Assembly: GCA_009996675.1 (NCBI GenBank)
Contig: JAACZQ010000005.1
Location: forward strand, 7,948 to 71,947
From: Chitinophagaceae bacterium
GTDB taxonomy: Bacteria > Bacteroidota > Bacteroidia > Chitinophagales > Chitinophagaceae
Reading direction: 5' to 3'
Length of the DNA: 64,000 nucleotides
In this document: positions 9,872-17,385 of the stretch, in pieces
Layout of the letters: each line of letters begins with the position of its first letter
Position numbering within the stretch: the stretch's first letter is position 1
Notes under the pieces: model-generated
Seen by the model: the letters and a program-made list of their open reading frames with translations, nothing else
Database searches by the model: none
What the model was told of the DNA's origin: nothing
Translations under genes and position numbers: made by a program

Positions 9872-9945
9872 GGGCCTATAGCTCAGTTGGTTAGAGCACC
9901 TGACTCATAATCAGGGGGTCCCAGGATCATGCCCTGGTGGGCCCA
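9872..9945 (+). tRNA. tRNA with CAT anticodon, most likely tRNA-Ile2 (lysidine)
   Basis: Cloverleaf: acceptor GGGCCTA/TGGGCCC, anticodon arm CCTGA-CTCATAA-TCAGG, T-arm CCAGG-ATCATGC-CCTGG. G1-C72 excludes fMet; C4-G69/C5-G68 match TilS determinants. TATTTTTG -7 promoter at 9844; CCA not encoded. Confidence 0.88.
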
Positions 9946-9946
9946 C
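9904..9946 (+). repeat. attL core (43-bp direct repeat)
   Basis: CTCATAATCAGGGGGTCCCAGGATCATGCCCTGGTGGGCCCAC, identical to 27380-27422. Confidence 0.95.
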
Positions 9947-9957
9947 CCTTTACCAGT

Positions 9958-9990
9958 AAGGCTTTCATCGATTTTGATGAAAGCCTTTTT
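9958..9990 (+). terminator. Element-supplied terminator after the tRNA
   Basis: AAGGCTTTCATC-gatttt-GATGAAAGCCTT followed by a T run. Confidence 0.75.
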
Positions 9991-9997
9991 TGTTGCC

Positions 9998-10021
9998 TGT
10001 GCAAACAATTTGCAAACAAAA
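9998..10021 (+). repeat. Putative integrase arm-type sites (left)
   Basis: TGTGCAAACAATTTGCAAACAAAA (two TGCAAACAA units), identical to 27230-27253. Confidence 0.65.
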
Positions 10022-10160
10022 CCGCTATAAGGGCTTTTCAATACTATATGAGGCTGTGATGGTAACATTGATGTATCTAAGTTAAGATTAGTCAGCGATA
10101 ACCTGAAATCCCAACAAAAAAGCCCATCATTCTGATGGGCTGCGGTAAAACTGTAAATTT

Positions 10161-10487
10161 CTAATTTCGTGGTGCATAGTAAATAATGCAAACACCCAAT
10201 AGTGCTATCAGCGCCCCGATTATGTCATATTTGTCGGGAGTGTACTTGTCAAATTTCATTGCCCACAACAACGACATCACGATAAAGATTCCGCCATAGG
10301 TAGCATATACTCTTGCAAAACTGGACGTTTGCAAAGTCGCTACAACGCCGTAGAGTGCAAGTATAACAGCTCCTGCAATTCCATACCAAAACGGCTTAGC
10401 TTCTTTGAGCCAAAGCCACATTAGGTAACCACCACCGATCTCACAGAGGCCGGCAAGGATAAATATTGGCAGGCTCTTTAAAAACAT
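10161..10487 (-). CDS. ynfA: YnfA (UPF0060) small multidrug-resistance-like membrane protein
   Basis: [13 protein letters not shown] and [11 protein letters not shown] motifs; four TMs; 108 aa. Confidence 0.9.
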   Translation of the reverse strand: MFLKSLPIFILAGLCEIGGGYLMWLWLKEAKPFWYGIAGAVILALYGVVATLQTSSFARVYATYGGIFIVMSLLWAMKFDKYTPDKYDIIGALIALLGVCIIYYAPRN

Positions 10488-11104
10488 TACTTGACGGCTT
10501 TTCTTCTAACCGTGCAGCCTATAGCTTTGGTTGAATTAACTAATGGCTTGCTATTACTGCGAAGTGCGTTGATAGCATTTTCAACATAGAGCGTTCGTTC
10601 CGGGTTGTTATTTTGTTGATCATTGTCGATAGATCCGGTGTATTCAATCACGTTACCTGTTGCTGTTTTTGAAACAATAAAAATATGAGGCGTATTCTTT
10701 GCGCCGTATTTGTTAGTGATAACCTGGCCAGCATCATACAGGTAAGGAAAGGAATATTTTTTAGCTTTCGCAAGTTCTTTCATAGCATCAAAGTTGTCGC
10801 CTTGTGATACTTCGGGATCATTTGGGTTGATGGCAATTACCGGATAACCAAGTGGTGCAAATTTTTTATCCAGTTCCATGATTCTTGTCTCGTAGGCTTT
10901 TGCAACCGGGCAGGTGTTGCAGGTAAATACAACGATAAAGCCTTTTGCGTTTGGATAGTTTGCAAAAGACACCTCTTTTCCGTCTACATTTTTGAGCTTA
11001 AAGTCCGGTGCGGAAGTACCAGGAGTAAGCGTATTAATCTGTGCGTTGGCTGAAAATCCTACAAAGGCCAGTAAAATGAAGATGTATTTTTTCATATTGG
11101 TCAT
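10487..11104 (-). CDS. Exported AhpC/TSA thioredoxin-family protein
   Basis: Signal peptide, APDFKL, FTCNTCP Cxx[10 protein letters not shown]-terminal AIGC. Confidence 0.88.
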   Translation of the reverse strand: MTNMKKYIFILLAFVGFSANAQINTLTPGTSAPDFKLKNVDGKEVSFANYPNAKGFIVVFTCNTCPVAKAYETRIMELDKKFAPLGYPVIAINPNDPEVSQGDNFDAMKELAKAKKYSFPYLYDAGQVITNKYGAKNTPHIFIVSKTATGNVIEYTGSIDNDQQNNNPERTLYVENAINALRSNSKPLVNSTKAIGCTVRRKAVK

Positions 11105-11571
11105 TTAAAATTTTGTAATTCTTTTTCGAGTGCAAGGTAGGAAAACTCCGATTCGACAAATTTTCGCTTCTTTCCTTTAACAAACAGGGTGGCGGGTATG
11201 GTGCCTGACCAATTTTTATCGATCCTGTCTATGTATTTTTGCTGATCCGGTTCGTTCAACACGAATACTTCACTTTTGAGTTGCTTTTTTTTGACAAACG
11301 GTATGACTTTGATTTTTCTGTCAGAGATAAAGTCAACACTTACGAGCAATACCTTGACTTTTTCAGATAGCCCATGTTCTTTATTAAATTTCTCAAAGCT
11401 GGGTATTTCTTTTACGCATGGAGCACACCAAGTTGCCCAAAAGTTGATAATGTATACAGTATCCCTGCCAGACTGTAATCGCTTTTCAAGTTGATCCAAT
11501 GACAGCAGCGATTGGCTTTTGGCAAAAGAAGCAGTAAATGTGAGTATGATTAAAATACTAAGTTGCCTCAT
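11101..11571 (-). CDS. TlpA-like thiol-disulfide oxidoreductase
   Basis: INFWATWCAPCVKEIP motif; cis-Pro loop GTIPATL. Confidence 0.9.
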   Translation of the reverse strand: MRQLSILIILTFTASFAKSQSLLSLDQLEKRLQSGRDTVYIINFWATWCAPCVKEIPSFEKFNKEHGLSEKVKVLLVSVDFISDRKIKVIPFVKKKQLKSEVFVLNEPDQQKYIDRIDKNWSGTIPATLFVKGKKRKFVESEFSYLALEKELQNFK

Positions 11572-11573
11572 AG

Positions 11574-12005
11574 TTACATTTCTAATTCTGTTTTGATAAA
11601 CTCTTTTACGCCCTTCGCACCGGTGATATCCAGCGATATCTTATCATCGTTGGTTACAGCCATCGTAAAATTAAAGAAGCCGCAACAGGTTCGTTCAGAT
11701 TTTATAAAAGCGGCAACAGTTTCCAGGATTTCATCGGTTCCATCAAAAGAATAGCGGTAACCGTTAGGTAGTTCCATCTTGCCTTTTACTTGTTTTTTGA
11801 TAACGGCAATAACTTCTGCTTTTCTTTTCTGTAATTCAGGGGTGGTCAGCTTACAGCTAAATGATTGCGTATTTAGAGTATCGTTTGTTTCGTGGTTGGT
11901 TGAGTCATTCATTGCAATTGTTTTTGAATCGGGTTGCTTTGATGTTGAACCACAGCATCCGGTAAGGCAGTAGCCAACGATAAGTAAATAAAGGAATTTC
12001 ATCAT
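11574..12005 (-). CDS. Cys-containing hypothetical lipoprotein of the type often found beside MerR regulators
   Basis: Lipobox-like LTGC; FSCKLTTPELQKRK...NGYRYSF...ERTCCGFFNF motif. Confidence 0.7.
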   Translation of the reverse strand: MMKFLYLLIVGYCLTGCCGSTSKQPDSKTIAMNDSTNHETNDTLNTQSFSCKLTTPELQKRKAEVIAVIKKQVKGKMELPNGYRYSFDGTDEILETVAAFIKSERTCCGFFNFTMAVTNDDKISLDITGAKGVKEFIKTELEM

Positions 12006-12023
12006 TTCAATGTTTTTGTAAAA

Positions 12024-12053
12024 GTAAACCGTGGAGTATAGTCAATGGTTTAC
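12024..12053. promoter_or_regulatory. Putative MerR-type operator / divergent promoter
   Basis: GTAAACCGT-GGAGTATAGTCA-ATGGTTTAC (8/9 dyad); the core resembles the ZntR operator GGAGTCGACTCC; TACCTTTG -7 box at 12051. Confidence 0.6.
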
Positions 12054-12074
12054 CTTTGAGGCCAAATTTTTCTT

Positions 12075-12476
12075 ATGCTGATCGGGGAATTGTCAAACAG
12101 AAGCGGATTGAGCCGAGATACCATTCGCTTTTATGAAAAAGAAGGTTACATCAAAGTTGGCCGACGGGAACGAAGGGTTAATAATTACAAAGAGTATTCT
12201 GAAGCGACTTTAAAACGTTTGCTCCTTTTCAATAAAATCAAATCGTATGGTTTTACTTTAAATGAATCTGCCGAGATCATTTCACTTCTCGAGTCAAACC
12301 TTGGCACCTGTAATCAGATCAGCAAAGCTGCAGATAGAAAAATCGAAGTTATTGATAAAAAAATACAGGAATTACTGACGCTTAAAACGCTATTACGTAC
12401 AACCATAAATAATTGCAAGAGCGGTTGTTGCTCGCCGAGTTATGATGAAAATTGTCCTTTATTTGTTTTGGATTAG
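12075..12476 (+). CDS. MerR-family metal-responsive regulator
   Basis: MLIGELSNRSGLSRDTIRFYEKEG HTH; a Cys at the start of the dimer helix (GTC) and C-terminal CKSGCC...CP cluster, as in MerR/ZntR. Confidence 0.92.
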   Translation: MLIGELSNRSGLSRDTIRFYEKEGYIKVGRRERRVNNYKEYSEATLKRLLLFNKIKSYGFTLNESAEIISLLESNLGTCNQISKAADRKIEVIDKKIQELLTLKTLLRTTINNCKSGCCSPSYDENCPLFVLD

Positions 12477-12523
12477 TATGCAAACTTACAATCCAGTTAA
12501 ACGAGTCTCGCTAATGTCCTTCT

Positions 12524-13228
12524 TCACAGCCCTAAACGCCTGCCTCGTGATCGCTTAACTGTGTTTGCTTTTGCTTTCTTAATGATGAGCTTGTTCTCCG
12601 GTTTAAATATTTTCTGAGGATTTATCGTTGCTTCTCTTAACCTTTTCACAATTGATGACCAGTCAATACTCTTGTTTAGCAAACCCAGTTGTTGAGTGAG
12701 CCTAACATCGTTATGATAGATCAACGCTTTACCCGCAGTTACCATACTAACACCTGGATACTTCTGCTCGTAACTGGCTAATAATTCTGATAATGATCTG
12801 TGTTCAAGAAGCACATAGATGTCAACGAAATCTTTAAACCGGGAACCGTCCTGAACGATCGCGTTAAATTTCATGGCAGCGATATCCTCCATTGATGCCA
12901 TTCTTATTCCTTCTATTTCTACTGTGTTGCCTATCCACGGATAACGGTGCGCTATGCAGTCGACTTTAATGTCCTCGATAAAACAATTAATAGTGTTATT
13001 GTCGATTTCTAAGTTGTCTACTTTATACTTTTTTGAAAGCTCTTCCCCGGTCTTTTCAGCGTCAAATGAAAACTCTGTAAAAAGATCTATATCAACCGAT
13101 ATTCTATGACCGATCATTAACGCCAATGCAGTTCCACCGACCAATTTAAAATCTTTCAAATATTCATCTGCCATTAACCTATGAATCAAATCCAGAGTTG
13201 ACTCCTCGACTGTTTCCTTATGTAGCAC
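12524..13228 (-). CDS. AbiEii/AbiGii nucleotidyltransferase toxin
   Basis: LVGGTALALMIGHRISVDIDLF and KDFVDIY motifs; GTG start overlapping the antitoxin; basic C-terminal extension. Confidence 0.88.
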   Translation of the reverse strand: MLHKETVEESTLDLIHRLMADEYLKDFKLVGGTALALMIGHRISVDIDLFTEFSFDAEKTGEELSKKYKVDNLEIDNNTINCFIEDIKVDCIAHRYPWIGNTVEIEGIRMASMEDIAAMKFNAIVQDGSRFKDFVDIYVLLEHRSLSELLASYEQKYPGVSMVTAGKALIYHNDVRLTQQLGLLNKSIDWSSIVKRLREATINPQKIFKPENKLIIKKAKANTVKRSRGRRLGL

Positions 13229-13704
13229 TTTAATTCTTCTGGTTTAAGTTTAAAAAAATCGCATACTTTTTTTATAGCCCGGTCGGTTAAATAAGTGGTT
13301 CTGTTTTTAAGTGTGTTGATCACTTTCTTCTCACCGTAAAACCTTATCATTTCTTTCCATTCCTCCGGTGAACCTCGTTCAACAACCCGTTCAATTACCG
13401 TTTCCGAATCCTTCTGCCAATCCATCTCATCGTACTTAAATTCCCAGAATAATCGCTTTGGCAAATCAGGCTTACCTGGTCTTTCCGGTTTAGTAATAAC
13501 CTGCTTGCGTTCTACACGGATATCATCGGTTTCAAAAGGCATTTTTTTCTTCGAGAGATAATTATTTAGTGTGTCATACGAATACATCGGGTTTGCAAGG
13601 CTGAAATTCTTCAGGTTGGAATACACCTCAACAGACTTGTTTGCATTGTTTTTCCAGTGAACTAATACAACCCTTCTAGAATCAAAATTTGCGCCCTGTT
13701 TCAT
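13186..13704 (-). CDS. DUF6922-type putative antitoxin with extra N-terminal domain
   Basis: LFWEFKYDEMDWQKDSETVIERVVERGSPEEW motif; directly upstream of and overlapping AbiEii; likely start MKQGAN at 13704. Confidence 0.75.
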   Translation of the reverse strand: MKQGANFDSRRVVLVHWKNNANKSVEVYSNLKNFSLANPMYSYDTLNNYLSKKKMPFETDDIRVERKQVITKPERPGKPDLPKRLFWEFKYDEMDWQKDSETVIERVVERGSPEEWKEMIRFYGEKKVINTLKNRTTYLTDRAIKKVCDFFKLKPEELKCYIRKQSRSQLWI

Positions 13705-13796
13705 TACATAAATATACGAAAATGTGACCAATATTGTCGCATATTAGTCTGTAATTTGCACCCTTTTTTCAGAAAATATCGGTCAAGTCAGGAAAA

Positions 13797-14342
13797 TCAA
13801 GGGCTACGAACTGCTGAGCCTGACCGGTCTTTCGTACGCCTTATTCCATTTTCTTTTTCACCCGCGAAATGGATAACGGCGGAATCGAATAAGGCCGGAT
13901 TCACGAGGTAAATACTATCCACCTGCCTGCAAAAGCGGGATAGCGACGGACTGGAATTCCTCTTCAAATACCGATACTTTACAGAGTCAGTTTCGTATTC
14001 GGTTGAAATCCGGAATGTATATCCCCATCCCCAAGCCATCGCCATAAAAACGAAGAATAATAAAACGAAAATCCAGGTGCTTTTTCTGCGCAAATAATGT
14101 GTCTTCGATTGCGGTATTTGCGCCGGAGGAATTGATGATTTTAGCTCTGTAAACAGTTGCCTGATTTGAACCCAATCTGCATCCGACAACCGGTTTGTAA
14201 CCGGTTGAGGATTGCCCGGCTTATTCGCCAGCAGCTTCATCAATTCCAGATGACGTTTATTGTCATCATTTGAAGTCGTTTGCTGCAGCAAGCCCATCTC
14301 ATCGAGCTTTTCAACTATAATTTGTAATAACAACTCAGACAT
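13797..14342 (-). CDS. Single-TM mobilization-region hypothetical protein
   Basis: Follows the relaxase; one TM (WIFVLLFFVFMAMAWGWGY) followed by VKYRYLK, as seen downstream of Bacteroidota mob genes. Confidence 0.6.
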   Translation of the reverse strand: MSELLLQIIVEKLDEMGLLQQTTSNDDNKRHLELMKLLANKPGNPQPVTNRLSDADWVQIRQLFTELKSSIPPAQIPQSKTHYLRRKSTWIFVLLFFVFMAMAWGWGYTFRISTEYETDSVKYRYLKRNSSPSLSRFCRQVDSIYLVNPALFDSAVIHFAGEKENGIRRTKDRSGSAVRSP

Positions 14343-14357
14343 GGTTCAATATTTAAT

Positions 14358-15266
14358 TTAAAGACCTAAAGATTTTCTACGTTTCTTTTTGATTAACTCA
14401 TTGGGAACAAAATCCTGTGTGAATTCCGGCTTCATCAGCTCGTACAAGAGCTTAGTTGCTTGACCCAGCTGTTTGTCATGATCCGGTTGTGAAATACCGG
14501 GTTTATGCTGCCGGGTTTTATGCAATGATTGCTGCTGTTTCCGTGCAAACATTTTCTGAAGATTGTTGTACGAAAAGGACCGGTCAATTTCGCTTCCTTT
14601 AAACTTTAATTCATCCTTGCAAAAGCTGATTCCTTGCACCTCGTCTGAGTGTCCTTTATATTTATAAAGTATCGAGATTTGTCGATGGGTAAGTTGTTGC
14701 TTTAGATCCTCCAAATTCTTGCACGCTGGCAGTAAATCATGGATAGCGGCGAAGATTTCATATCGAGCTGCATCTTTACCATGTAAACGTGTCAGATCGG
14801 TTTGACCAAGATGCTTTTCGTTGGCTATTTTCAATCCATACTTTTTGGTCAACTGCTGTGCAATTTTCTTACCGCGCAAACCGATATAATTGTCCCTGAT
14901 TGTTTTTCCATTATTGCTCACCCGGTTGACAACTAAATGCACATGCTGATGTTTCCTGTCATTGTGCTTAACAACAGCAAATTGTGTGTCCGATAGATGA
15001 AGACTTTCGAGATATTCATTGACGGTTATTTTCATAAGGTCAGCAGCTATGTTTTCATCCGGCGGCCAGGATATGATAATATGCAGAACCGGGGACTTTA
15101 AACGCGGATTTTGAGCAGCCTGTGTAGCAAAATCTGCAGCCATTTTTTTGGGGTCATAATCGCGAACGCCAGCACATAGAATTACCTCTGCCTTCTCTTT
15201 ATTTTGAAAAAGGTATTGACATAATCCGGCAAAGGATTTTCCAGGTGGGATAACCTTACTTATCAT
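14358..15266 (-). CDS. Relaxase/mobilization nuclease (MOBP-like)
   Basis: FAGLCQYL catalytic Tyr region, VLHIIISW, and HUH motif KHNDRKHQHVHLVVNRV. Confidence 0.92.
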   Translation of the reverse strand: MISKVIPPGKSFAGLCQYLFQNKEKAEVILCAGVRDYDPKKMAADFATQAAQNPRLKSPVLHIIISWPPDENIAADLMKITVNEYLESLHLSDTQFAVVKHNDRKHQHVHLVVNRVSNNGKTIRDNYIGLRGKKIAQQLTKKYGLKIANEKHLGQTDLTRLHGKDAARYEIFAAIHDLLPACKNLEDLKQQLTHRQISILYKYKGHSDEVQGISFCKDELKFKGSEIDRSFSYNNLQKMFARKQQQSLHKTRQHKPGISQPDHDKQLGQATKLLYELMKPEFTQDFVPNELIKKKRRKSLGL

Positions 15267-15613
15267 CTTCTAAAATGTTCCAAAAGTTTATCGAGATCAA
15301 TTCTGATTTTATCGACTTCAAACACCGCTGAGAGAAGCCGCTCCTTATGAGCCAAACGGGCAATTTGGTTAAGGTTATTTGCCATGCCTACAAGCTTCCG
15401 CATGTTCTCTTTTTCTTCCATAGTAAACCTTGCAATAACAGTTCCGTTTACAGCCATGTTTCTGATATATTCTGTCAGCTTCTGATTGGCCTTGGCGGCT
15501 TTTGCTTTCACAATAAAGTATTCAGCCTTAGTAAATCGGACGCCGGTTGCTGCAGACCGTTTGACAGCTTGTTTAGGCCGTCCTCCTTTACGCACGTTTG
15601 CATCTTTTGCCAT
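15263..15613 (-). CDS. mobC: MobC relaxosome accessory protein
   Basis: KGGRPK...GVRFT ribbon-helix-helix and GMANNLNQIAR motif; overlaps the relaxase start; likely start MAKDAN at 15613. Confidence 0.88.
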   Translation of the reverse strand: MAKDANVRKGGRPKQAVKRSAATGVRFTKAEYFIVKAKAAKANQKLTEYIRNMAVNGTVIARFTMEEKENMRKLVGMANNLNQIARLAHKERLLSAVFEVDKIRIDLDKLLEHFRR

Positions 15614-15644
15614 CACATTTTCTTTTGCGACCAACGGGAGAAAA

Positions 15645-15686
15645 AGCAAGCGGTAGCGTTTTTGTGCTACAAAAACACCGCTTGCT
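15645..15686. other. Putative oriT hairpin
   Basis: AGCAAGCGGT-agc-GTTTTTG-tgcta-CAAAAAC-ACCGCTTGCT directly upstream of mobC. Confidence 0.65.
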
Positions 15687-15697
15687 AAAACAAACTT

Positions 15698-16594
15698 CTA
15701 CATTCCCAACTTCCTTGATTGACTTATTCGATGGGTGTTCTGCTGGCTTACATGCCACTCGTTAAGATCCTTATAATGCTTATATATCCCGCTTTCATCA
15801 ATCACTTTTGCAGGGCTTCTTTTCAGGATTTCTTGAACACATTGCCGACCAGGATTGTCGTTGTCTAAATACAAATGAATCCGATCGTGCTTCTCCTGGA
15901 GTAGCAAACTGCGGGTGAAAAAAGAAAGGGAGTTCAGTACCAGAATGTTTGTTGACTTCGCTTGTTGCAAAGAGTTAAGGCTTCGCCACGTTAGGAAATC
16001 GAAAAACCCTTCAAAAACGGTGATGGTATTTGCGTAGTTATTAAACCAGGTTACATATTTGGGAGCGCTGGCAGCTTTGAAGTGTTTTGAGCGCAGTTCG
16101 TAACCGCCACAATTGTTTTTAAATCCGATTGCCAAAAACCGCTTTCCGGCATTTTCATACAGGATTTGTTTACAGTGATTTTGTGCTACGGATTTTTCAA
16201 TATGCCGGGACGATAAATACTGCAAAAGAAGATTATCCATAATCATTGGATCAATCCGGACAATTTCAATATGGTTGTCATGTTCAGTTGATAGCTGTCC
16301 CGACTCTCGAATAACCGCATTTGGCAGCTCGATCTTTCCTGCTCCAATCTTGTCTAAAGCTTCGGTCAACTCACAACTGAAATATCGCATTGCAAAATCA
16401 ACCAGGTTTCCTCCTTCTCCGGTTCCGTGATCAAACCAGATATTTTTAGCTCGGTTTACTTTGAAGGACGCGGTATTTTCATCACGGGTTGGTGATAGGT
16501 ACCAATAATCGTTTTGGCGGATTTTTTCCGGTCGAAATCCTAATGATGCCAGATAATCCACAAGATCGATTTGATTCGCTTGTTGGCAATTCAT
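15698..16594 (-). CDS. DnaG-like primase (degenerate CHC2 zinc finger + TOPRIM)
   Basis: YLSPTRDENTASFKV...WFDHGTGEGG N-domain; VFEGFFDFL and YLDNDNPG TOPRIM acidic motifs. Confidence 0.88.
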   Translation of the reverse strand: MNCQQANQIDLVDYLASLGFRPEKIRQNDYWYLSPTRDENTASFKVNRAKNIWFDHGTGEGGNLVDFAMRYFSCELTEALDKIGAGKIELPNAVIRESGQLSTEHDNHIEIVRIDPMIMDNLLLQYLSSRHIEKSVAQNHCKQILYENAGKRFLAIGFKNNCGGYELRSKHFKAASAPKYVTWFNNYANTITVFEGFFDFLTWRSLNSLQQAKSTNILVLNSLSFFTRSLLLQEKHDRIHLYLDNDNPGRQCVQEILKRSPAKVIDESGIYKHYKDLNEWHVSQQNTHRISQSRKLGM

Positions 16595-16920
16595 ACGGCA
16601 TCATTTAAAGAATTAACAGGTAATTGCGTTTGCCGGATCACAAGCTCAATGTCGGCGCGGGAAAAATACCGGCGCGACCGGATTTTAAAACTGCGTAGTT
16701 TGTTTTGCCTGATCCAAGCATAAAGAGTAGGCTTGGATACACGGAAAATTTCGCAAACTTCACTTGCTTTTAAAAGTGTCTTTTCCGGCAAGTCATGTAA
16801 GGAATGGGATTCGGTTTGTAAGGTGGCGAGTTTCGCATCTACAACTTCGGATACTACGACCTTAATTTGTTTCCAGAACTCCGAAGGAGCAACGGGGAAT
16901 AGCATTGGGGTTTCCTGCAT
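16591..16920 (-). CDS. HTH_17 excisionase-like protein
   Basis: LLKASEVCEIFRVSKPTLYAWIRQNKL winged HTH; 4-nt overlap with the primase. Confidence 0.82.
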   Translation of the reverse strand: MQETPMLFPVAPSEFWKQIKVVVSEVVDAKLATLQTESHSLHDLPEKTLLKASEVCEIFRVSKPTLYAWIRQNKLRSFKIRSRRYFSRADIELVIRQTQLPVNSLNDAV

Positions 16921-17342
16921 ACATCACGATTTATCATTTTCACAAAAGGGTTAGCCTGGTATATGTAAGTTAAAGTAGGAAGCAGGAGTGATTTCCAAGT
17001 GGATTCCCAAGTATGGGGTATTCGTGATAAACTATACGGATAGAAAATGAGATTTGTGCCAGGTACGGCAAGAGGAGTAAACCAGTTTAGTTTTGTCGTT
17101 TCCATTCTACACTTCATTTCCAATCAATAAATCAAATCGACCTGTAAAGATAAGTTGCTTAAAGAAACAAAAAATGACATGATCAAATTTTGATCATGTG
17201 GTTATTGATTCTATTAACAATTACAGTGAAAATTATTGATAAGTCAACTGGATTAACGGCAATTAAAGTAAAGAGACGGTAAAATAGGGAAAGTATGAAC
17301 CAGTCGAAAAAAGAAAAGGAAACTTAAGATTTAACAAATAAA

Positions 17343-17370
17343 ACCTGCCAGTCAAAGTTAACTGGCAGGT
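17343..17370. terminator. Terminator of the czc/P-type ATPase operon
   Basis: ACCTGCCAGT-caaagtta-ACTGGCAGGT, 15 nt past the ATPase stop. Confidence 0.7.
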
Positions 17371-17385
17371 ATAAATTATTTCTCG

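Noticed and set aside
9872-9945. Assignment as initiator or elongator tRNA-Met
   Set aside because: A paired G1-C72 and the lack of three consecutive G-C pairs in the anticodon stem exclude fMet. The acceptor stem fits Ile2 better, although elongator Met cannot be fully excluded without a covariance model.
9883-10191. ORFs 9883-10191 and 27191-27424 (minus strand) sharing the peptide WAHQGMILGPPDYE
   Set aside because: The shared peptide is just the antisense translation of the attL/attR tRNA repeat, not a duplicated gene.
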